This document shows, one piece after another, positions 1 to 13,700 of a DNA stretch of 64,000 bases; within the stretch, counting starts at the first letter, position 1, and every line of letters begins with the position of its first letter. The stretch comes from Lytechinus pictus (lineage: Eukaryota). Where the stretch lies: NCBI RefSeq assembly GCF_037042905.1, contig NC_087258.1:682001-746000 (forward strand), given 5' to 3'. The position numbers and the translations under genes are program-made. The notes under the pieces were generated by a model. That model saw only the letters and a list, made by a program, of their open reading frames with translations. It ran no database searches and was not told where the DNA came from.

Positions 1-64
1 AACCAGAGAATTATTCCCGATCCCACGCTACCAAGGAAGATCCCCCACCAGTTCGAAAATGTTT
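1..64 (-). CDS. Gene C TM exon start (ETFSNWWGIFLGSVGSGIILW...), truncated by window
   Basis: tttcag acceptor; aligns with gene A WWVIFASSVGGASLLW. Confidence 0.8.
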
Positions 65-2571
65 CTGAAAGATAAACAGTTATATAACCATTATTTTTCT
101 GAAACTTTGAGGAGCCCACAATATACAAGCTTTGCTTTTTAGTGGGATCCTCCATTTTCACAAATTATAAATCACAAATCCTTTACACATGATTATTTTG
201 TATGTAACTTTCTTATAACATGTCTTTTTCAAGTTGATTGAATGACCTTGGTTTATTTTTTATAATGTTGACTTGTTATGATTGTATTCATTTGATTGAT
301 GTTTTGTTGAAAATGAAATAAATGAAAAATGAAAATGAAACTTTCAAATATAGATTTACAATTCCATTTTTTTTTACCTCTTCCATGCGAAGTCACTAGC
401 AGTGTCGCCGTGAGCTCTTCAGTTGGGTTTTTGGAAGTCCGTAATGCGCCTGTTTTCTGTTGATCGACATCAGTAGTCGTGGCATCGTCTTCTGGAACTC
501 CTCCTCCCGTCGACGTTGCATTTTGTTGTTCGGAGTAAGCGTCGGACTGACCCACGGTAAATATTTTCTTGTCGGTAAACAGGGGAATAGCAGTAGAAAG
601 GTATTTGCGGCGTTCCGATGTAAATGTTTCGCTTGTGATTTGGGAGGTTGTCGTATCTTGAGCTTTTGATCCCAAGGAAATGTCAGAGGGACCGATGGTT
701 GAAAATATGTTATATGGATCTGTAGATGATTGCAAGGGTTGAGAGTAACTATCCGTGTCTAATGTTCCCAACGGATGTGTACTAAGCGGTATGCTGCTTG
801 AAATACCCGATGTACTAGATCGTTCAGTTGGAAATGTTCGAGTTGTAATATCGTCTGTACTAGATCGTTCAAATGCTGTAGCATCTGTTTGGGTTCCGAG
901 AAGTATCGTTGAAATATCGTATGTACTAGAGCGTTCAGATGAAATTGAGCCTGTTCGAGTTTCAAGATTTGTAATTGTTGAAAGTTCGTCTGTATCGCCT
1001 GTAGTTATATCTGCCTCAGTTCCAAACAATATCGTCGAAATACTGTCCGTGCTAGAGCGCACTGTTGAAACTGCATCTGTTTGAGATCCAAACAATATTG
1101 TTGGAATATCATTTGTTGATAAAGATACTGCTTTCGTTTTATCGGCTGTAGCTGGGAATGTAGTATATGTCCCCGCCGAAGTAGAAGTGATCAGGTCGCT
1201 AAAGAAAGTAAAAGAATTTGATGAAGATGTCAATTGACGAGAAGTTACACCGCCCGACGTTTGGTCTAGATCGATAACTTTGGTTGTCATAGCAGTGACA
1301 GAGTGGTACTCAGATGAGTACGAGGTTGTCATTTCTGGTATTGACGGCTGTGTTGTGAAGATTTCTGTTGTTATCATAGTCTGATCAATGCCTGGTGATT
1401 CAGCTGAAGACATAGATGTTTTCGATTGCGATGTTGTTGGTTTTCCTGTATGATATTGTGTAAAAAGAATATGCATTTTTATGGTCAAACAGGGATTGAC
1501 TCTCCAAGGTTGAATTATGCCGTATGTCTGCCCCGCTTTACTTTTTATACTAGCTTTCCATTAAAAAGATAATTAAACGACAACGTTATGCCAGTATAAT
1601 AATGAAGACATTCAAAGACTTTAATCAACATTACAAAGGTCTTAATACAAATATCCCGAACTTAACACACACAGCACACACACAAATAAATTTGATAAGA
1701 GATGACGATTTATTATTATTTTTTGCAGCAAAGAATATAAACCGCAGCATGAGTAGCATAATTGTGGAATGAAACCAGGATGGTGTTTCTGTTGATTTGT
1801 ACATTGTCACCTACCCGAAGCATTGAGTAAACGCCTTTTCAGGGCTTCATATTTTACAACATATCACGAGGCAACAAGCTCGTGTTTTTAACAAAGACAA
1901 ATTTATGTTTACCTGTGGTTCAAAAGGACAAGACCGTATGAGGGTAGGCAGTTACTGATATTGGTTTACTCATATTTTTCGTTGAAAAAGGGTATCACAA
2001 ATTTCACAGGTCCCCACTTACCATGACATGCAGTAAGAGACGGGTCAGGAATCCAATCTTCTTTGATACACAGAGTAAAATCATCACCATCTTTTATGTA
2101 GGATGCTTCGCAATGAATGTACAGTACGAAATGTTTTTCGTAATATGGTGCATCTGGTTTTACGTACAAACCCGGAACTGTTAGAATTGGTGGGGCACAA
2201 TCTGTATTGAAGATATTTAAAGAAATTAATTAAACTTTATCGGTGAAAAATGGAAGGAAGACTTGTCTATAATTGGATTCATACAGATATTACTACAGAT
2301 ACTGATACAGATATTGCAAAAGAATGACCTCAGATATAAAGATAGGATAAGGGCGATGGAAGAAGAAGAAAAAAGTGGAAAAGGGGGTGGGATGGGGGAG
2401 AAATAGAAAGGGAAAGGGGGGATATAAAAGAGAAGGGATGATAGTTTAATGGACTGATACTGTATATTCGTCACCATTCATCAGAAAGAAAAAAACAAAA
2501 CACTTACCAGCACTGATTTGCAAAAGATGACAAATGGAGGAAAATATAATTAACCAAATTCGCACCATCAT
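1..2571 (-). CDS. Gene C (partial, runs off window): SP-1xCCP-mucin-TM small membrane mucin, paralog of gene A
   Basis: Four phase-compatible exons; TM start resembles gene A TM. Confidence 0.82.
378..1445 (-). CDS. Gene C Ser/Thr-rich mucin exon (356 codons)
   Basis: Within ORF 253-1488; cag/gtaaaa; phase 1-1. Confidence 0.88.
2022..2201 (-). CDS. Gene C CCP exon (DCAPPILTVPG...CIKEDWIPDPSLTACH)
   Basis: 4 Cys plus W, 180 nt, cag/gtaagt. Confidence 0.88.
2508..2571 (-). CDS. Gene C exon 1, signal peptide MMVRIWLIIFSSICHLLQISA
   Basis: AAAATG context, hydrophobic core, gtaagt donor, phase 1. Confidence 0.78.
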
Positions 2572-2623
2572 TTTTGTTTTATTATTTAACCTGAATATAG
2601 AAAGAAGCCCGAACAAACTCCAA

Positions 2624-2640
2624 TGACGTCCCTTTATATA
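2624..2640 (-). promoter_or_regulatory. Candidate TATA box (TATATAAA) with adjacent CRE-like TGACGTC upstream of gene C
   Basis: TATATAAAGG ~60 nt upstream of ATG; motif match only. Confidence 0.45.
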
Positions 2641-3786
2641 TGAATGTGGACACCTCTGCTATGCTTGGAAGTGAGAGCCGTACATTCGATATTACTTGGC
2701 CACACAGGTCTTTAAATTATCATTTGGTACTCAAATCTGTCGGCAAAACAACGAAAAAATAATGGCGTCAGGAGCTGAATAAGGTGCAATCACCTGTAAT
2801 ACATTATGACAAGATTCATGTGGGTGTGTGTGTGTGTGCGCGTGCGCACGTTAAGTTTTAAAATGTTAAGTAGAGTTTCATTTAGCACTTAAAAAGACAA
2901 TCAAGCAATACATTGAACAGGATTTATTTGTTTGTTTAGGAGAAACACGACAACGACTCAACGAAATAATGATGCACAGAGTGATCTCATCATGAAATAC
3001 GTTTATTTTTATCTATTTGATTGCACATTGTATGTATATTTACAATATTCTGTGTATATATCCATTGGCAAGTTGACACTTTTCTTGCTCTTGGGGAGGG
3101 GAAATTTGTTTAATAGTGAAACATATTTATCTTAGTTCTCAAAAAGAAAGCTAACGCAAACAAATATTAACAAGCCGAATGTGTTTAAGCATTATTCTGT
3201 GTTTGAATGGTGGACCAATGGTCGTTGATTTAATAGCACATTCGTAGTCATTCATCAATGTCTTCAGAAAAAAAAGATTGATGTTTTTTAATGATTGGCA
3301 TGCGTAATACAGGTAGGAAATTTAAACAATTTACAATTACTTCGCCTTCAGGTTTATTTGATTCATTTAGAGTAGATATGTATTTCTCTGCCCTTTGGTA
3401 AAAACTGACTAATGATAAATACGACTAGTCAAATAGTTCGAAGTTACTTTAAGCACGCTGTTATTATGAATGTTTTTTCATCATGATCAAAAAAAGTCTT
3501 TTGAAATTATTAGAAATTGAAATAAACGAAATGAAATGTTTCAATAGTCCGAATGATTAACTGGCCGAATCTGACCTCTATAATTAACTTAACTTTGGAC
3601 TAAATATTCAAATTGGCTTTTGTAAGCCATTGAGTGTTGATATTGGGTTCGGCATACTGATCCAAGTGTTTCAAACCGTGTCTCTTAAAGAAACCCCCAC
3701 TCGATAAGCATTTAGCTAATTTATAACATTAGATTATAAAAGTATCAAACATTTATATTGTATCTTAATGCAAAACAAAAAATAAA

Positions 3787-4379
3787 TTAAAGGGGAATCT
3801 AACCCAAATAAAAACTTGTTTTTACAGGAAAAAGGGAAATCAAACTAGCTGATAGATGCATTTTGAACAATATCGGACAAAGAACAAGAAAGTTATGATT
3901 TTTTAAAAGTTGTATATATTGTTATACCCATGGAGACTTCAAATTGGTTGCATATTTGATGTCACAGTGATGTACGGCATGGACTACTCTTCCATGTACC
4001 CCAATACATAAAATAGCTAAAAAGTCATTTTCCGAAAAAAAAAAATTCAAAATATATTTGTCTTTCATGAGAACATAAAACAATATACTACCTGGGTTAT
4101 GTTTAGATTACTACCCCAGGGGAATGGTTACTTAGAAGAAAACCACAAATCCCCAACAATTAAATACATGGCCTATAGGAAATTGTCCTTGCCCCTTGTC
4201 ATAATTTCCTTACCCTGTTGCCAATTTGAAATCTACATAATCTTAGTGATCTCAATTTTAAAGCAGCTATAACTTTCTTATTGCTTGTCTGATTTCTTTC
4301 AAACTTTCACCATTCTGTTTAATTTATTTTCCTCCTTTTCAACACAACATTTTATGGCCAAGGCTGGATTCCCTTTTAA
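3787..4379. mobile_element. Non-autonomous TTAA-targeting DNA transposon (Kolobok-like MITE), probably in gene A 3' UTR
   Basis: TTAA-AGGGGAATCTAACC ... GGCTGGATTCCCTT-TTAA imperfect TIRs. Confidence 0.7.
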
Positions 4380-4629
4380 AGGCATAAGTAGGAATTCGGT
4401 CAGGAAATCTAGCTAACAGTTCAAAGAACGCGATCAACTGCATGTTGGAAAAGGCGTCTTCGTGTGTCAGGGGTACCATGTCCATTGTCTCTCCGAAAGA
4501 TTATCCCACTGAGGACCCAATTAATTGAAATGATGAATTGAGACATTTCAAAATTGATTCAGAATATTTGTCTCTCTGGATTATCCATTAAGTACTTTTA
4601 AAAGTATTTCACTGTTTTTTTTATCCCAA

Positions 4630-4707
4630 CTAATAGTGAAGTATGCCTGGATCTTCCGGGTCTGAGAACATGATTGCGCCTGGGTTGTATACAACGCTAG
4701 ACTCGAC
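4630..4707 (-). CDS. Gene A terminal coding exon VESSVVYNPGAIMFSDPEDPGILHY*
   Basis: tacag acceptor in phase 0, TAG stop. Confidence 0.75.
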   Translation of the reverse strand, partial: VESSVVYNPGAIMFSDPEDPGILHY

Positions 4708-7700
4708 CTGTAGATATGTATTGTGGAAAAAATAGGAAAATAATGAATATTTTTTGTGCATACCAACACAACTACTGTGGTGAATGTTGGGTCCATTTTT
4801 TTCAGGCAAAAGGATTATAAAATATATCGATATTGAAAAAACACGAATGAATTGCCAATAAGGCCTGATAGCATACATTTCTTGCCTTCCATGACGTCAA
4901 TGTCATGAACCAATAGACATAATGAATGTTATTTGGTTAATTCAATATGGGTATCTAATTAAAAATTTCTTAACATTAGACGTCAAGATTTTATTTATAG
5001 TAAAATCATACACATGCTTACTAGGTTTTATGACACAATTAATACCTTTTATACAGTCTCTTGCCGTTTCCTTTTTTTTCTTTACTAGTGATCTTCTGTC
5101 ATATTTATAATTATAAAAGCGTCAGCATGCAATTTGGTTTGACTAGATTTGTGGATGTATCTAGAACTGAAACAAGATTTGCAACTGAGCTTACATTTTC
5201 ACTAGAATCTGATGGATCGAACCTATTGTGATCGCTCCTCCGTCTCTGTTTAGACATGATTACGAAGATGAGAGTGCCACAAGAAGCCAACAACCAGAGT
5301 AGCGATGCTCCTCCTACGCTACTAGCAAATATTACCCACCAAGCTGTCTGGGTCCCTTCATAAATCATGATTTTAAAAGAGAGGGATAATATATGTTATG
5401 TGAAAAGTAGATGGCAAAGGAAGGGCAATGAACAAAGACCTGAAAATGATGGATATACAATGAAAGACGAAAGACAAAGTAGAAGTACTCATTGACTAGG
5501 GGACAATAAACAAGGAGATAAGAGTCCTGATTATACATAAAATTACACTTACTCTCGAGAGAAAACATGGTAAAGGGGCACTCCAAAGGGACTGATCCCT
5601 ATTATAACTCCGTGAGGAGTGTGAATCGGGATGAGGTAAGCTCATTTGCATTTAAAGAGTATATTGCGGGAGATCTTCGTATCAAAAACCATTAAAATAA
5701 TAACATGTAAATAAGTATAAAAAATAATTCATATCGTGTTATCCTGATGTCACTATTGTTTCCTCTCATTAAAAAAATAAATACATGCCAGGTCATTCCA
5801 AAGCTTTCATGATTGTGGTGGTGTATTTGCGAACTTGGCAATTCCCCAATTTTGGAATACTTCATTTTGGTTCAATGCCAATAAATGATGGGTTAAAGGT
5901 CATAATTATGTTGGGCCTTATGAAACTCTACCAGATTTATATACCTCTTTCTTCAGTAGTCTCTTGTTGATCAACTGTAACAATTTTTGTTTTAGTTAAC
6001 GGCCCAGTCCTGTCTGGCGAGGTTGTAGTAGATTCTTCTTTCATTACGGTTGTGTCAAGAATATGGGTAAGAGGAACCATTTGAGTGGTTGACTGGTAAC
6101 TTGACAGACGGTTTGTGGTTGTTGTAGTCTCACCAAGGGTCAATGAGGTAGGTACGTTATCTGAGGAATCGCTGGAGATATCATTGCTTGTTGACATGAC
6201 TGAGATATACTGCGAGGTAGTTTTGAGTCCTAGAGTGACAGTCAAGTCACTTGAAGGACCGCCCTCTGTTGTGTCAGTAGTGCCTTCAAATAATGTAGAG
6301 AACGATGTAAGTGTTCCTTTCATGGAAACGTCTAATGTACTTGTCGGAAGGGTTTCCTCATGTGCAATGGTTGTAGGGTTTATTGTAGCTGAACTCGAAT
6401 GGATTCTGTCTGATCTTAGTGTGTCCATTACTATTTCTGTTGTGAGTCTTTGTACGGTTTGAGGATATCCAGTAGACTGTTCGCTGACACCGATAGTTTC
6501 CGGAAAGACTGCCGTTTGATCTGTTTCTCCAACGCCTGTATTTTCGGTAGGAGTTTGGAAGTTTGAAACAGGTGTTGCAGAACTTTTGGTTTCTGGCAAC
6601 ACGTTTGTGGTGGGATCACTGGTTACTGGATGCCATGTTGCCTCGGATGTTCTTAACGGTGGCATAAAACTATTAAGAGTTGTGAGGATATCATCGGTAG
6701 CACGGAAATCGGTTGTCCATTCGTTTGTGGGATCAGTTGGAATCGTATCACTCGTCTCCAAAACTGCCAGCGAAGTCTTGTCCAAAAAAGTATAATCGGT
6801 TGATTTGTGAACCGTAATAATATCTTTAATGGTAGTATAGACGCTATAGCCAACTTCGGAATAAGAAATAGGCGAACCGGAGGTTATCGAAATGTGCGAC
6901 TCCGTCGTAAATACCCGAGTTCCACCCGTTAAGTCATCGGTTGTCCCTGGTGCTAATGAGGTAGTTGAATATGAAGTTGTAGATGTTCCTTTAAGAAACG
7001 AAATGAGATGGCATTAATTTTAGCTGTAAACTCAAATGCGTAATATATGTTTTAAATAATACGGATATATATTTTCTACCCACTGTTTAATACCTCATGA
7101 CGGAAATGGGATGCATACCGTGTTTTTCTATTTTGAAGAAGACTGATTTATCTCGCCCTATTTTGGTATTTTTGTGGAAACCAATCTTAATATGCCTTCT
7201 TGCCTAATATGTCATGACTTTCTGTATTGTACTGTCTTTATTTAATCACGGTAAAACTTAATATTTCAGTCAAACAGACTGCTTTTCAGCAGGTCCGTGA
7301 ACATTAGAAAACGTGTAAAAGTGAGACACTACGAAAATATTTAAGGTATTACAGTAACACATACAAAACATACATATACATATTGCATGAAAATCAATGA
7401 TTATCAAAACTACATAAAACCACAGTGCAAAGAGAAATTATATAAATTATCTAGCCCCCCCCCCCCCCCTTATGGTAAAACATTGTTTAAAATTAAGGTG
7501 TTACCTGTGCAAGTTGGAACTTCCGTAGGTGACCATATACCATCTGTACATACCATGGTCTCCGCACCTTGAAGAATGGGTCTTGTGGTAGAAGAGCAGT
7601 TAAAACGGATCTCACTAGAATGTTCATAAAATGTCGTAGATGAATTTCCTGTTGAAGTCAGGAAGTGCAGCACGTCCGGAGGAACTTCAGGCACCTCACA

Positions 7701-10700
7701 GTATCCTGTGTTTAAAAAATGATGAGGCACAAATGGTTGATTTTTGTAACATAGCAAACCCTTGCAATAACATAACTTTTGCATTTTAAAAACCAAATCC
7801 CATTTCAAATTCTACGTCAATAATGTAAACAATACTTTTGCAGATCAAGTTCACGATTTTACATAGCATTTACTCACTCAGAGATTATATCCGATCGGTA
7901 TGATGACTAAAGAATGATTTCTTTTCACAATAATGAAATGTTATCCCTTTGGCTAAGCTTAGTCTTGCATCATTATCAACTACGCCATCTACGGCAAATT
8001 TCGGGTGAATATTGCAGCCTGTCAAGTGAAAACTTAAACACATAAAAGTTAATGATTGTCAAAAAGAACGTTGAAATTTGGTATTCTATATACCACTCAA
8101 ACCATTTCCCAAAACTCAGCCGACAATACTAGTGGTGCATTATTTAAGGCTAAATTTCTAGCTAATGGCACGGTGCGAATACAATTCACTTTCCAGGATT
8201 CATAATCATTGATTTCAAATCAACTAATCATCTAAGCATTTTTAGTGTATATTTTGTGAGTGTGTGTTAAGTGTTACCTGTAAAGTAAAAATAATTTCAT
8301 GGTAGAGTCGGGAAATTACGAACCAGTTTGGTATGCTAACAATGTAATACATGCATTACTCTTGCCCTGATTAATTTAAGTTTATTTTCAAATTGTAATT
8401 CTCGTGATGTTGCCTCTATCAATAATTGTCCTCTTAAGGTACTCGGTTATTATTAACAATGGTATCGATATGCCAATTGAGATACTGTAGACCTGTATTG
8501 TATTTCAATTAGAATGACAAAATGCAATGCATAATTGGTTTGTCAGCTCTGGTATTATAATGCTCAACAATAGATGGCGTACTGTAGCAGAATCGTTGAG
8601 ATGGGTCAGGGTACCATCTAGAATCCCAACAGAATGTAAACCAGATCATAGGAGTTGAGATGGTGTCATTACAGTAGAGAAGAAAACTATCACCGTGGAT
8701 GAATTGGTTATCAAGCCGGGATTGCTGCGGGATCACATGTATATCATCGTCCAGGATTGTAGGATAAGTTGTACAATCTGAAAGTAGGAGAAACAAACGC
8801 GAAATATAATATGTCTTAATGAAAGCAAGCATAGTACTTTATATATTTCTTTTCTTTCACACGGAAAGTAAGTCTTTCCTAATCTCTCTCTGGAACAGTA
8901 ATTTGTGAAAAGCATTGAAAATCACAATATAATATATATACAGTCATGTTTGAAGATCATCTAAATACATATGAGCGATTCCAAGAAAACGCGGACATTA
9001 AAAATAAAAAACAATATTAGATCTATTTCAAATCTGAATCAATTTTTTTCCATTCAAACTCATATGGGAGTTCAGATTAAGGGGGGTCATAATTAACCTC
9101 ATTTTTTCTTACGCATCTTATTGGAGAATTTGAACCATACCAAAAATTATATATTACATATATATATTATTATTTTTTTTTTACTTCAATTTAAGAGAAA
9201 GCTATTGTCTTTTTGCATTTCGATAATCTGAAGGCAATCATTTTAGATCATATTAAAGGAAAATTTTCAAATATGAATTACGGAAAATTTTTAAAATTTG
9301 TGGTGGCGGACAAACCGTAATGCTACTGCCTGTAATGCGACTAACCGGAGTTTGTCAAAACTCAAAGTTGCTCTCCCAGTTCAAATGTCTTATTTGAGAC
9401 TTCAATATGTAAGTAATGATTTGCAGGTATTGAAATTGATGAAAGTGTTTTGGTTTGAAAGAACTATTAAAAAGTAATCAGTCACTTTTTTCCATGTTCT
9501 TTTTGTGTAATGCGACTGACCGATTTTTGGGCCGTTATGGCCTCTATAATATACAGCCTACAATCATTCTTTATGTTTTGTTTTAAAGCCTCTCTTGCCA
9601 AAGTAAATAGACAGTATAAACTTGGTAGAAAGACTCGTCCGTTTAAAACTGACAGCACCAAGTATAAAAAAAACATGTAAAATTGTATTGCAAATGACCG
9701 TGGAATCGCCCATATGTATTTTTTTCATACTACTGAACACAAGGATACCTTTTCTGGATTAACTAGGAAATGGACCGAGGGCTATATGACTTTTCGCTCT
9801 GATTCGCGACCACCAGTTAAATGCAATTAAGGAGTATTTCCAGGCTTCAACGTCAAAGACACCTTTCCGGTAGTGTTGTAATTATGCTTGCTAACATGTA
9901 AGAAAGACATGAATCACCTGAGGATTACAGACCAAGCAGTTATCCATATATCTAAAGATTTATGAAACAAAACCAAAGGCTAAAAAATCGACATTGCCAT
10001 TGATAATTCTTCCGGTATTAAGCATCATTTTCTGTATCACTGCTAGTTGAGTGACGACGCAAGACGCAAGAGGAGGGGCTAGTAAAGAACTTCTTCTAAA
10101 ATATTAATTATTTCAAAAAATTCCAATAAAATAAACCGTTAATTACCAGAGTTGACAAAAACATATCGTGTAAATAAAACTAACATGCTGATTCTTGATA
10201 AAAATTAATAGAATCTTACTATGGCCGTCCGGGGGCAGCGTGAAGTATTCTTGGGTGAACACGGGTTGTGGTTCCAGTGTAGAAGCTGTATATTCGCTCG
10301 ATCCAGATACTGCAATTCGTGAATGAAAAATGAAGATATATATTTTTTTAAATAATACTTTCGAATATAACATAATCTTTGCATTTCTCATCAAACTGAT
10401 TTTTTTCAAACCCATGGGAAATAGCACTACATCGAAAATATTCAATTATTATCATTACTTTATCTGAATCGATCAAAGGTAATCAAGATTTGGTACTTGG
10501 CTTGTAATATTAACTACGTTCTGGAATCATCGGGGCTTTTATAACGATACACTGCATTTGTCACCACGTAGAAAGTGACCCATTAGCATTCAATTTTATT
10601 TAATTCATTTTACGATAACACAGAAATAAAATTCATTGGAAACGCAAAACACATCATTATATTCTAAAGAATATGGGAAATACTTAAGTGAATATACATA

Positions 10701-13700
10701 ATACCAAGAATTTATGTCGACATTACTAGCCGGGTTGCAAATTTTGTGAATCGTGATCCCCAACAAAGTGCATCATTGGTAAGGATTGAAGCAGATGCAT
10801 AATTATCATAAACATATCACATACTTATACATAGAGGTAATGCATCTGGACTCCATGTCCCGTCGATACAAGCCAGACCTGTTGGACCAGTCAATAACCC
10901 ATTGGTACACGTGAATTCCAGCACAGAGTCGTGAGTATACATCCCTGAATGAAACAGACCCGTGGAGTGGGTGTATGTCACCGGTGCAGATGTTAATGGT
11001 GGGTCGCATGGAGCTGCAAAAAAATTGTGCATTGCAAATATATATTGTTGCAGTAAAAAACACACTTATCCTCCTATCCCATCCCACACACACACACCCA
11101 TTCAAGCAGCCCAACCCAACACACACACGTGATCACCAGCATGAACTTGCCCTCAATTTATTCATGTTTAATGTCAATCACAACGATACCCTTCTGCAGT
11201 TGGTCTATGACTATTCTTGAGAAAAAATCATGAACATACTGCTCATTAATTCATACGTGTTTTCATATCTTCATCTGATATTAGAATTTTCTATTTTTGT
11301 GCAGGATACATTTCATGATTAAACATAAATCGCAAATATAATCCAATTAAATTGGATTCTTATAAAAACTATGTGGCACGTCACAGACTATATTGAATAT
11401 TATTAAAACACGTTTTCAGGAAGTTTTTGAAAACGAATACATATTTTTACAAGTAAATTGAATAATAAGACATAGTTTCAAACGTTCTAGCAAGGTCAGG
11501 AAACTATAGGCGTCATTGGCCCAAATAAACTATGCCCTATAAAGGCGAAATACATTATGATAGTTAAAACTCACTTATGAATGGAAATGGCTAATGGAAA
11601 AATCGCCAACAATGTCTAGATTTTTGTTTTAATATCAACTTTGCTTTCTGAGGAATCAAATTGAAATAATTAAAATGAGACCATTGGTTACCATAACATG
11701 CATTTCCTGATATATCAGGATCCCATGCCCCGTCAGTACAGACAGAAAAGGCTGTTCCTCTCGTCGCGTAGGGTATGGGTGGACAATAGAGAAGAATAAA
11801 ATCATCAAGAATATATTCATCTTTCGATGGGTTTACTAGAATATCCGAATCCAAGTTAGCAGGATGAGTACAGACGGGATCTATATGGGGAAAATCATTA
11901 TAATCTCTTTAATTTTGTGGAGGATAGTTCTTGTAGTTAAAAGGGAGCAATATGATATACCAGGTCAGAAAGTTACAGGTATACATCAACTGTTTTGTAA
12001 TAGACTTGAGATACTTAATCACATTTTTGCAATTGAAAAATGTGACTAAACCACGACGATCATTCTCATTTTTTTTCACACAAGTATAAGACTTGGCTTG
12101 GCTGAAATAACTCATACAATTATTGACCCCTAAATTATCATATTGCTATCGCCTTCTGGCATTGATTCGAAATATATTTTGAATTAAATAATAATACGAT
12201 TGTCTTGCTTTTCAATACCATTTACTAACTCGGAAAACTCTGTTTTGCCAATAATGACACATGATACGATTATTCTTAAAGCTAATCCACCTCTGTATGC
12301 CTTACCTTCACACGTCGGGTAACTGAGTTGATCCCACACACCATCGACACATACTGGGCTAGATGTGTTACTCAAAACTTTCGAAGTCACTTTACACTTG
12401 AAGGAGAGCTCGGCACCATGTTTGTACTCTGGTAGTGTGCCCCCCGTGGATTGCTCATGATGTGTTAGATGCGATGGCACTGATGGCGCGGAGCATGGAG
12501 CTGCACAAAAATAATGGAAGAAAGGGTAGAATTTGAAAATTAAAGAATTTTGTTTAAGCAAACATAGCATTTAAAAAGACAAGGATAAAAATAAACACGA
12601 TATTTGGTACATCCTTACCATAACATGCCTTGTTGGAGATGTCGGGTAGCCACCCTGTCTCCGTACATTGAGAGAATACCTCGCCCACAGCAGTGTAAGG
12701 TGGTGGAGGACAAGATAGGATGAGAAAATCGCCAACGTCATAACGATCCTTCGTCGTGCTCAATATGACGTCAGGGTCAAAGTTAACTGGTAGCACGCAC
12801 CATGTTTCTACAAAATACATGACGATAGAAATGAATTCATATTTTGAATGTTATATACTGAATGGCGCACATTTTGAAATAATTCAGAATCTTTACAAAA
12901 TCTCTATTAGTCAAAGCTGCCCTAACATTGAGGCTTCTAGAAGAATTGTGCTTGTTCTAAAGTTATGAAACCCTCTGGGAAATAAACTTAAAATAATCTT
13001 AAGTGTAGAACGAGGTGATTGTGATGAGAAACATTGATAAATAGTAATCGAATGGACAATCCCTTTCTATCTCTGTACTAAAGGAAATACTGATTTAAGA
13101 TACCAACAATATAACATACCTTGAGGATTCGTTGTAAATGGATATTTGTCCGATGTTTTACTCGTGGAAACCATCATTGTGGTACCTCTGTCCGGCTCTG
13201 TTGGTTCGGTAGTCTCCATCGATGTGCTAACGGTATCAGGCGTATTTGTCCCTGTTGTCACGGGGTAAAGGTATTGTGTAGTCATTGTAGGGATTCCATT
13301 GATCTGAGTAGGAGTTTCCGTCCGTGTGTGTGGTACAGAGGTCATAAAAGATGAGAGAGTTTCGGTCACTGAACCGCTTTGTGAAGAAGCGATCGTCATT
13401 GTTGTATGTTCCATGTCTGGAGTTGTAGTGCCATAAACAGTTGTGACCAAGGTATCAAAGGTTACGCCCATGCTTGATGTTTCTGACGACGGTTGGTCCG
13501 TACCATCAGATTCCGTTTGTACGACTGAGGTAATTGACTCCATCCCTTGTGTCTGCTCTGTTTGACGGACTGGTGTCACATGAGACACGTGATCTGAGGT
13601 AGGAAGATAATCCCTTGTGCGTGATGATGTTGCAGCCGTTTCTCCACCAAATGTAGGTCCCATGTCTAGGGTGGTAGCACCATACGCCGTTGTGATCAAG

